Below the pieces are notes generated by a model that was not told where the DNA came from, searched no databases, and saw only the letters and a list, made by a program, of their open reading frames with translations. Both the position numbers and the translations under genes were made by a program. From assembly GCA_902624535.1 (NCBI GenBank), contig CACNYF010000002.1, forward strand, positions 3,128-67,127: 64,000 nucleotides of DNA. The letters are read 5' to 3'. Shown here one piece after another: positions 9,924 through 17,613 of this stretch (position 1 is the first letter of the stretch; every line of letters begins with the position of its first letter). This DNA comes from an uncultured Pelagibacteraceae bacterium. GTDB lineage: Bacteria > Pseudomonadota > Alphaproteobacteria > Pelagibacterales > Pelagibacteraceae.

Positions 9924-10561
9924 TGGATTTAAAGAACATGACAATGGACGATCTAAAACAGAAATTTTCTACTATAGATAAAAAGACACTTATAAAATTT
10001 GGAATAGGATTTGGAGCAATTATTCTCTTCTTAATTATTTACTATGCAATCCTAAATCCGATGGTTAAGGAGAGAAAAGCAAAATACCAAGACAAAATTC
10101 AAAAAGAGCAAGAAATAGTTGATTTTGAAAATAATATTATATCTTTAAAAAAAACTATAAAAAAAATGAAACCGAAGTTTGAAGAAACGTCAACTTTATT
10201 TCATTCAAAAGCAGAAGTAGAGGATCTCTATCAAAGTCTTAGTAAGCATGCAGCAGTCAATGGTTTGGTTATTTCAAAAATAGAAAAAAAAGAACCAAAA
10301 CCAGTTTTAAAGGTTGGAGTGACAGATCAGTCAGAAAATAATCTTCAAAAAGAAATGGTCTCATATTACAAAATTCCAGTAGACTATGAAATTAAAGGAA
10401 ATTTCTTAGGTTATATAAAGTTCAAAAGAGCAGTATCTAAGCAAAAGAAAATGTTAAATTTTGACAAAGAGACGATAAGTGTAGTACAAAATGATTCAAC
10501 TGGAGCGATAGTTGCTACAGGAGAGTTAACCATAGTAGGAATGCCAGATGAGTTTTTTTAA
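9923..10561 (+). CDS. pilO: PilO
   Basis: Single TM, coiled coil, YYKIPVDYEIKGNF motif; position. Confidence 0.85.
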   Translation: MDLKNMTMDDLKQKFSTIDKKTLIKFGIGFGAIILFLIIYYAILNPMVKERKAKYQDKIQKEQEIVDFENNIISLKKTIKKMKPKFEETSTLFHSKAEVEDLYQSLSKHAAVNGLVISKIEKKEPKPVLKVGVTDQSENNLQKEMVSYYKIPVDYEIKGNFLGYIKFKRAVSKQKKMLNFDKETISVVQNDSTGAIVATGELTIVGMPDEFF

Positions 10562-10997
10562 AATATTAATTTTTTTAGTTTTGATGTTAATACCGACAAT
10601 TTCTTTTTCTGATAGCCATGATCAAAAGAAAGAAGTTTTAGAACAGGTAAAAGAAATTGCTAAAGAAATGGAAGATGATGAGGAGGTTCCTCTTAATGAT
10701 CCTTTTGCTGGAAATGAGGGAACAAGCTCGATGTCTGGAAATATACCTGAAGATGAACAGGAAAATGAACTAAGTTTATATAATTTTAAATTAGCAGGAC
10801 TTATATCAGGAAAAGATTATAGCTATATATCAATCGTTAATTCTGGTGGAGAAGTTTTAACTCTATCACTTGGACAATATTTAGGAAAAATTCAACTAGT
10901 AGATTTAAGATTAAATGAAGCAATATTTAAAAAAGAAGATGGAAAATTTATGATCATAGATTTTAACGGACAAGTAAGAGAGGCAGATGATTATTAA
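10548..10997 (+). CDS. pilP: PilP-like protein
   Basis: NDPF and LYNFKLAGLI motifs, GQYLG; between pilO and pilQ; no Cys, so no lipobox. Confidence 0.7.
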   Translation: MSFFKILIFLVLMLIPTISFSDSHDQKKEVLEQVKEIAKEMEDDEEVPLNDPFAGNEGTSSMSGNIPEDEQENELSLYNFKLAGLISGKDYSYISIVNSGGEVLTLSLGQYLGKIQLVDLRLNEAIFKKEDGKFMIIDFNGQVREADDY

Positions 10998-12549
10998 GAA
11001 ATATTACAACACTCTTTTGGTTATATTATTTGCATTTTTATTAAGTGCTTGCGGCCCAAACTCAAAATTTCAAAAAAAATACAACAAACCTTTTAAGCAT
11101 AATACACCATTAATTAAAGACAAAGCTATAGTAGAGTCAGGAAAATCTGAAGTTGCTAAAACTCTAGAGATGGGTCCTAAGCCATTAGAAGGAGACTCTC
11201 GAAAATTAGGCAAAAGAAAAAAAATATCATCTGAGGCTCAAAGAAACTATTTAATTATCTCTGATGAATATCCATTATTAAAACAAAGAGTAACACTAAA
11301 ATTTAAAAACTTAGATTATAAAGAAACCATGAAGTTGATGGGTAAAATCGGTGAAATTAATATTCTAGTAGGCGATGAAGTTGCCGGAGCAATTTCAGCA
11401 GAATTAATTGACGTTCCTTGGGATAAAGCTTTTCAGGCTTTATTAGATATGAAAAATTTTGCATCCGATGTAGATGTTGCAAGTAACTTAATTAGAATTC
11501 ACTCACCAGAAACATTAACTGCACAAGAAACTTATAAATCTGAAAGAGCACAAGCCGTAAAAAAGAAAGTAGAATTAGAAGACAGTGTTGAACCGATTTA
11601 TTCTGAAATATTTAGACTTTACTATATAACGCCAGCTCAAGCTAAACAAACAATTGAAGAATTATTTACTCAATCATCTGGTGATAGCTCTTATACACCA
11701 ATACAAATTACAGAAGAAATTACCACTCGTTCAATTATAGTAAGAGGTAAAGAAAAAGACTTAGACGTAGTTGATAAAGTTGTTAAAGAGATAGATATTA
11801 GAACAAAACAGGTTTTAATTGAGGCTTTCATTGTTGAAGCTAATTCAGATTTTGAGAGAGCGCTTGGTGCTAGGCTAGGCGGTTATTATAATAAATATGG
11901 AAAAATAGCAGGGGGTACAGCAAGCACTAGCAGTGGAAGTGCATTCGGAACTGATTTAGATACTGCTGCAGGTCTAGGATCAGCAACAGATAGTATAGCT
12001 AATTTTCCAGTTACTGGTGCTACAAGTGGTATCGGAATTTTGAGACGAACACCTGCAGGAGTTCTTAAAGCTGAAATTACTGCATTAGAAAGTTCGGGTA
12101 TGGGTAAAACCATATCAAATCCAAAAGTGTTTACTTTAGATAACCAATTGGCCACTGTTACACAAGGTGAAGAAATTCCATATCAAACAACATCTGATGG
12201 TACAACTTCTACTTCTTTTAAAGAAGCTGCATTAAAATTAGAAGTCACTCCAAGTATTATCGGTGATGGAAATGTTCTTTTAACTATCAAGGTAAATAAT
12301 GATACACCAAATAGATCAGCAGGAGGTGATGAGCCACCTATTAATAAAATGGAAATTGTAACAAAATTGTTAGTTGCAGATGGAGATATTGTTGTAATTG
12401 GTGGTATCAAGAAAAATGTACTATCTCAAAGTAAAAACCAAACCCCAGGTATTGGTAATATGCCTGTAATCGGTAACCTCTTTAAAGGCAAAGCAAATTC
12501 TGATAACCTAGATGAATTATTGGTATTTATAGCACCAAGAATTTTATAA
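10987..12549 (+). CDS. pilQ: Secretin PilQ (short, predicted lipoprotein)
   Basis: VPWDKA, QVLIEAFIVEA, QGEEIPY, LKLEVTP, PVIGNLFK, ELLVFIAPRIL; lipobox LSAC. Confidence 0.95.
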   Translation: MIIKKYYNTLLVILFAFLLSACGPNSKFQKKYNKPFKHNTPLIKDKAIVESGKSEVAKTLEMGPKPLEGDSRKLGKRKKISSEAQRNYLIISDEYPLLKQRVTLKFKNLDYKETMKLMGKIGEINILVGDEVAGAISAELIDVPWDKAFQALLDMKNFASDVDVASNLIRIHSPETLTAQETYKSERAQAVKKKVELEDSVEPIYSEIFRLYYITPAQAKQTIEELFTQSSGDSSYTPIQITEEITTRSIIVRGKEKDLDVVDKVVKEIDIRTKQVLIEAFIVEANSDFERALGARLGGYYNKYGKIAGGTASTSSGSAFGTDLDTAAGLGSATDSIANFPVTGATSGIGILRRTPAGVLKAEITALESSGMGKTISNPKVFTLDNQLATVTQGEEIPYQTTSDGTTSTSFKEAALKLEVTPSIIGDGNVLLTIKVNNDTPNRSAGGDEPPINKMEIVTKLLVADGDIVVIGGIKKNVLSQSKNQTPGIGNMPVIGNLFKGKANSDNLDELLVFIAPRIL

Positions 12550-14297
12550 TGATTAACATTAGTAGAGAGTCAGAGATAAATTTAATTAATATCTTGATAG
12601 ACCAAGATATTATTTCTGGAAAAGATTTAGCCGAAATCAAAAAAGTTTCTAGCGATGGAAACAAATCACAATTAGATGCTGTATTTGAATTAAATCTTAC
12701 AGATGAACAAAAAATTTTAGATTTATTAGTTCATGATCAATCATTAGATGTTGTTGACTTATCAACAATACAAGTAACTGATGAGCTAAAAGCTGTACTT
12801 CCTTCTAATTATATAAATATGAATTTTATAGCACCATTTAAAATTGATGGAAAAGTTTTACATATTGCAATTTCAGATATTTCAAAGTTAAGTTTGATGA
12901 GAAACTTAAGAACTATTACAAAAATGGATATTGAGCTTCATGCAGCAAAAGTTTCAGATATTTCAAATTTTGTAGATAAACTATTAGCAGATGGAGAAAA
13001 AACTATTTCGGATATTAGACAAACTCAGGCAGAAAAAACTAAAACATTTGATTATGATGTAGATGAACAAGCTGAAGTTCTAGAAAGCCAACCCGAAGAG
13101 GATATAGAAGCAATAGAAAACGAGTCTGAGGTTATTAAATTTAGCACTGCTGTTGTTGCTGATGCTATTAAATCAGGTGTATCCGATATACATATTGAGC
13201 CATATAGATTTTCTTCAAGAGTTAGATATAGATTAGATGGAATTCTTACAGAACAAGAACACTTCAAAAAATTTTTACATTCTAATTATGGTGCTGTTGT
13301 TACAAGATTTAAAATTATGGGAAAATTGGATATTGCAGAAAGAAGACTTCCACAAGATGGAGCTATACCATTTAAAATTGATGGAAAAGTAGTGGACTTA
13401 CGTTTATCTATTTTACCTACTGCAACGAATGAAAGAATTGTAATGAGGGTTCTTAACAAAGATGCAGGAGACATAAGTTTAGAGCAATTAAATTTTGAAG
13501 AAACAGATCTTAAAAATTTAAGAAAAGCAATTCACGGTACACAAGGATTAGTATTGGTTACAGGACCAACAGGTTCAGGAAAGACAACAACATTGTACAG
13601 TATTCTTAAAGAAGTATCTAAGCCTCATCTAAACATTTTAACGGCTGAAGATCCAGTTGAGTATGAACTTGATGGTGTTGGACAAGTTCAAATTAAAGAT
13701 GATATTGGTTTTAACTTTGCAACAGCGTTGAGATCATTTTTAAGACAAGACCCAGAAATAATTCTAGTTGGAGAGATGCGGGATAAAGAAACAGTTGATA
13801 TAGGATTAAAAGCAGCGCTTACAGGACACTTAGTTTTCAGTACACTACACACAAATGATGCCCCTAGTACTATTACAAGATTACAAAATATGGGCACTCC
13901 AGATTATTTAATAAGCGCGGCTGTGAGTTTGGTGTTAGCACAAAGACTAGCGCGAAAAACTTGTACAGAATGTAGAGAGCCAGACAATGACATTACTCCA
14001 AAAGCACTAGCAGACCTAGGTTTTACAGTTGAACAAGCATCTAGAGCAAAAGTACAAAAAGGAAAAGGTTGTCCAAAATGTAAAGATACTGGTTACAAAG
14101 GTCGAATGGGAATTTATGAAATTTTAAATGTTACAAAACCAATAAAAGAAGCAATATTAAGAAAAGCTACAACACCAGAGTTAAAAGAAATTGCATCTAA
14201 TGAAGGCTTTAGAACAATGCAAGATATGGGAAGAGAACTTATATTAACTGGAGACTTAAATTTCAGAGAATTTGATAGAGTTCTTTCTATGGATTAA
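12549..14297 (+). CDS. pilB: Type IV pilus extension ATPase PilB
   Basis: SDIHIEP, LDIAERRLPQDG, GPTGSGKTTT, LRQDPEIILVGEMRD, CTEC...CPKC zinc site. Confidence 0.95.
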   Translation: MINISRESEINLINILIDQDIISGKDLAEIKKVSSDGNKSQLDAVFELNLTDEQKILDLLVHDQSLDVVDLSTIQVTDELKAVLPSNYINMNFIAPFKIDGKVLHIAISDISKLSLMRNLRTITKMDIELHAAKVSDISNFVDKLLADGEKTISDIRQTQAEKTKTFDYDVDEQAEVLESQPEEDIEAIENESEVIKFSTAVVADAIKSGVSDIHIEPYRFSSRVRYRLDGILTEQEHFKKFLHSNYGAVVTRFKIMGKLDIAERRLPQDGAIPFKIDGKVVDLRLSILPTATNERIVMRVLNKDAGDISLEQLNFEETDLKNLRKAIHGTQGLVLVTGPTGSGKTTTLYSILKEVSKPHLNILTAEDPVEYELDGVGQVQIKDDIGFNFATALRSFLRQDPEIILVGEMRDKETVDIGLKAALTGHLVFSTLHTNDAPSTITRLQNMGTPDYLISAAVSLVLAQRLARKTCTECREPDNDITPKALADLGFTVEQASRAKVQKGKGCPKCKDTGYKGRMGIYEILNVTKPIKEAILRKATTPELKEIASNEGFRTMQDMGRELILTGDLNFREFDRVLSMD

Positions 14298-14300
14298 TAA

Positions 14301-15542
14301 ATGTCCTCAGAAACATTTACATATAAAGGTATTTCAGCAGGAAAATATATTGAGGGCGAAATAGAGGCTCTAAATCAGGAAGAAGCGTCATATAAGCTAA
14401 AAGAACAAAAGATAATAATAACCAATTTAGTTAAAGCAAAAAAGAAAAAAGCAGCTAAAGAAAAAGGCAAAAAAAGCAGTTTTTCATTTGGAAAGAAAAA
14501 AGTTACGCCTCAAGATGTAATGATTTTCTCAAAACAGTTTGCAACCATGGTTAAAGCAGGTCTTCCAATTTTAAATGTACTTTCAATGCTACGTGATCAA
14601 ATTGAGCATCCAACAATGAAAGAAATTATTGAGGATATTAGAAAAAGTCTAGAAGGGGGTATAACACTTTCAAAATGCTTTGAAAAATACCCAAAGGTTT
14701 TTGACAATATTTATATAAACTTAATAAAAGCAGGTGAGGCTAGTGGTAAATTAGATGTTTTCTTACTCAAGTTAGTAGATTCACTTGAAAAAAGAGAAAA
14801 AGTAAAAAAAAAAATTAAAAGTGCATTAACGTATCCTGTTGTCATGTTTACAGTAGCAATAACTGTAATGGTATTCATGTTAATTAAAGTTGTTCCAATA
14901 TTTGCTGAAATGTATGAAGGTATGGGAGTACCTTTGCCAACACCTACAGCAGTCATTATGAATGCCAGTAATTTTATGAGAGGAGCAGGTGGTTTAACTT
15001 TATTTTTAGTTTTAGCAATAGGATTTGCTATTTTTAAATACACAACAACGAAAATACCTGCAGTAAGATATAAATGGCATTATAGAGTTTTAAAAATGCC
15101 TGTATTTGGAGATATGATTTTAAAATCTTTAATTGCAAGAGTTTCTCTTATTATGGGTAATCTTAGTTCTGCAGGCGTAAATTTACTTGAAAGTATAGAA
15201 ATTGCAAAACAAGTAAGTAACAATGATGTTGTCACTCAAGCTTTGGAAAATGTAAAAAAAGGTGTTTTCTCAGGAGATACATTAACAAAACTATTTTTAA
15301 AAGAACCAGTATTCCCTGCAACTTTTAGTCAGCTAATTTCTGTTGGAGAGCAGACAGGAAATTTAGATGAAATGTTTACATCAGTATCAGCTTATTATGA
15401 AGAAGAGTTTGATACAGCTGTAGATAATATGTCGAGTTTAATTGAGCCGATTATGATTGTATTTATGGGTACAATGATCGGTGGTTTAATGATAGCTATG
15501 TATTCACCAATCTTTAATGTTGGTGCAATTATCGGAAGTTAA
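14301..15542 (+). CDS. pilC: Inner-membrane platform protein PilC (GspF family)
   Basis: KAGEASGKLD, ALTYP, GEQTGNLDEM, LIEPIMIV. Confidence 0.95.
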   Translation: MSSETFTYKGISAGKYIEGEIEALNQEEASYKLKEQKIIITNLVKAKKKKAAKEKGKKSSFSFGKKKVTPQDVMIFSKQFATMVKAGLPILNVLSMLRDQIEHPTMKEIIEDIRKSLEGGITLSKCFEKYPKVFDNIYINLIKAGEASGKLDVFLLKLVDSLEKREKVKKKIKSALTYPVVMFTVAITVMVFMLIKVVPIFAEMYEGMGVPLPTPTAVIMNASNFMRGAGGLTLFLVLAIGFAIFKYTTTKIPAVRYKWHYRVLKMPVFGDMILKSLIARVSLIMGNLSSAGVNLLESIEIAKQVSNNDVVTQALENVKKGVFSGDTLTKLFLKEPVFPATFSQLISVGEQTGNLDEMFTSVSAYYEEEFDTAVDNMSSLIEPIMIVFMGTMIGGLMIAMYSPIFNVGAIIGS

Positions 15543-15967
15543 TAATCTATTTTTTTAGATAATATTAAATGGTTGATCCAAGGCTTTTCGCCTTCTTTAA
15601 ATACTACTGCATCCATTATTTGTTGAATAAAAAAAGTTCCAAGACCACCTGGTTTAATATCATCTATTTTTCTGTGCCTAATTTTATCTTTTTCAACTGG
15701 TCTCCCTTTATCAAAAAAACCAATTTCTAAATTTCCATTTTCTAAAGAGATTTTAATCTCCATTCTATCTTCAGTATCTTCACCTTGGTAAGCATGTTTT
15801 ACAATATTCTGAGCTGCTTCTGCTATCGCTAATACTAATTCATCTTTTAAGTCTTGTTCAATATTTACTTTTTCAAAAACTTCTCTTGAAAAACTTCTTA
15901 CATCTTTAAGGCTAGATGAACTTACAACAAAATCTCTCTGTTCTGATATTTGAGCAAGATTATTCAT
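15539..15967 (-). CDS. RsbW/SpoIIAB-like anti-sigma factor Ser kinase (GHKL)
   Basis: N-box EAAQNIVKHAY, FDKG, PGGLGTFFIQQIMD. Confidence 0.9.
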   Translation of the reverse strand: MNNLAQISEQRDFVVSSSSLKDVRSFSREVFEKVNIEQDLKDELVLAIAEAAQNIVKHAYQGEDTEDRMEIKISLENGNLEIGFFDKGRPVEKDKIRHRKIDDIKPGGLGTFFIQQIMDAVVFKEGEKPWINHLILSKKIDY

Positions 15968-15970
15968 TAT

Positions 15971-16270
15971 TTATCCTAAGTTTAAAATTTGCTCCAGTTT
16001 TGCCATCATGATTACTTTTAAAACTGATTTGCTAATATCTTTTAAGATGACTTTTGTCCCAAGTTCAGTTGCTTTTTGATGACTTTCAATTAATACAGAT
16101 ATTCCAGAAGAGTCCATGTACTGAACTTCTTTTAAATTTAGATGAACTTCTTTTTTTGCCTCAATAAGAGGCATTATAACTTCTTTTGCTTTTTCTGTTA
16201 CATCCATATCAATTTCACCATCAAGGTGAACAATTGATATTTCTCCTTCTTCTGTAACTTTGTATGACAT
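15971..16270 (-). CDS. RsbV/SpoIIAA-like STAS anti-anti-sigma factor
   Basis: LDGEID and VQYMDSSGISVL with the conserved phospho-Ser motif. Confidence 0.9.
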   Translation of the reverse strand: MSYKVTEEGEISIVHLDGEIDMDVTEKAKEVIMPLIEAKKEVHLNLKEVQYMDSSGISVLIESHQKATELGTKVILKDISKSVLKVIMMAKLEQILNLG

Positions 16271-16412
16271 AAATATTAATATTTATTAAATTTACCTGTG
16301 AAATCAACAAAAATGACCCATTTTGAATATATTATGTATGTAGATATTGACTTTCAAAAGATATAGTTATTATGTATATACATATTTTTTATTTAAAATA
16401 GGATCATAAATT

Positions 16413-16877
16413 ATGAAAAAAAATAATAAAGGTTTTACACTTATAGAATTATTAGTCGTTGTAGCAATCATCGGTATTTTAGCTGCCGTTGGAGTTGTTG
16501 CTTATTCTGGTTACACAAAGGGAGCAAAAAAATCAGCAGTTAAATCAAATCAAGCTGCAGTTATTAAATATGTAGCCGCAGAATTAAAAAAATGTGAGAT
16601 TGGTGAAACAGATGTCATGGTTAAAGGCAATGATAAACTAGTTTGTGCTGATAGAAAAAAATCTACAAATACAGCAGTTGCAGTAGAAAAAGCATTAGGC
16701 TCAGAGTTTAAAAATCCATACAGAACATCAGAGTCTGCGATTCAAACTTCTACGATATCATGCAGTGGTAATGGTGAAGGACAAACCGCTGTAGTACAAG
16801 TTGGTACTACAATCACAGTTTCATCTTGTGAAGTCGATGGAGCCACACTTTTATCTGGTACTGTTACCATAGAATAA
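16413..16877 (+). CDS. pilA: Type IV pilin, probable major pilin
   Basis: KG|FTLIELLVVVAIIGILAAVGVVAY; AGGA RBS; first gene after an intergenic promoter region. Confidence 0.85.
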   Translation: MKKNNKGFTLIELLVVVAIIGILAAVGVVAYSGYTKGAKKSAVKSNQAAVIKYVAAELKKCEIGETDVMVKGNDKLVCADRKKSTNTAVAVEKALGSEFKNPYRTSESAIQTSTISCSGNGEGQTAVVQVGTTITVSSCEVDGATLLSGTVTIE

Positions 16878-16889
16878 ATTTAAAATTTT

Positions 16890-17297
16890 ATGACAACCAG
16901 GAGCTCAGGTTTTACGCTAATTGAGCTTTTGGTTGTTGTTGCAATTCTTGGAATAATTTCAGCAATAGGAATCGTCAGTTATAATGGTTACGTATCGTCA
17001 GCAAAAAAGAAATCTGCAGAAAATATAATTCTACAAATTTCACTTGCACAAAGTGAATACTACTCTGATGAGGATAGATATTTTACTCCTGGATGCGGAC
17101 CTAATAATTCAACATCGACTACTTTAGAAACAACACTACTTGGTGGGTCCGACGTTATAACACCTGAGATTGGTTATGAATTTTGTTCTCAAGGATCTGC
17201 AGAAAATTATACAATTATTGCTCAAGAAACTGGGACTAAATCACCATGCAAACTTGAATATACAGATAAGTCTGTTTGGACAAGAACTAATTGTTAA
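16890..17297 (+). CDS. Type IV pilin, PilE-like
   Basis: SG|FTLIELLVVVAILGII, AQSEYYSDEDRYF, C-terminal Cys pair. Confidence 0.85.
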   Translation: MTTRSSGFTLIELLVVVAILGIISAIGIVSYNGYVSSAKKKSAENIILQISLAQSEYYSDEDRYFTPGCGPNNSTSTTLETTLLGGSDVITPEIGYEFCSQGSAENYTIIAQETGTKSPCKLEYTDKSVWTRTNC

Positions 17298-17299
17298 TA

Positions 17300-17551
17300 A
17301 TGAACATTGAGATTAGTAAATATTTAGAAAAAGTTAAATTTGTTTTTTCTGGAGATCTCTCAAAAAATTTTAAGATCTATGCAACTCTTAGTTTAGCATG
17401 GATAATTTTTATTGGGTACTTGACCTGGTGGAACGGTTTAAGTAGTCCGATGTTAGACAAAAGCTTTAGATGGGATGAGTGGTTCTGGTTTGGGATTGTT
17501 CCCGCTCTATCTCCTTACTTATTTTATTTTATCTGGAAAAAGAAAGAGTAA
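17300..17551 (+). CDS. Small Trp-rich membrane protein, unknown function
   Basis: Two hydrophobic segments; ATG at 17300 (TTG at 17291 possible). Confidence 0.7.
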   Translation: MNIEISKYLEKVKFVFSGDLSKNFKIYATLSLAWIIFIGYLTWWNGLSSPMLDKSFRWDEWFWFGIVPALSPYLFYFIWKKKE

Positions 17552-17613
17552 CAAACCTAATTTGAGCATCAATTATCTATGATGAATACTTTTTTATAAT
17601 AATTTAGGGAAAA

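Noticed and set aside
15539-15542. Convergent genes sharing overlapping stop codons (pilC/kinase; similar at 48364 and 62389)
   Set aside because: Ordinary feature of streamlined genomes
8208-15542. Reading the locus as a type II secretion system
   Set aside because: PilT, PilM/N/O/P, PilY1 and PilV/W/X identify it as a type IVa pilus
16276-16289. Possible CtrA box (TTAA...TTAA) upstream of pilA
   Set aside because: Spacing is 6 rather than 7, and TTAA is ubiquitous in this AT-rich DNA
16347-16373. Sigma70-like TTGACT...TATTAT before pilA
   Set aside because: Spacer is only 15 bp; cannot be supported without TSS data
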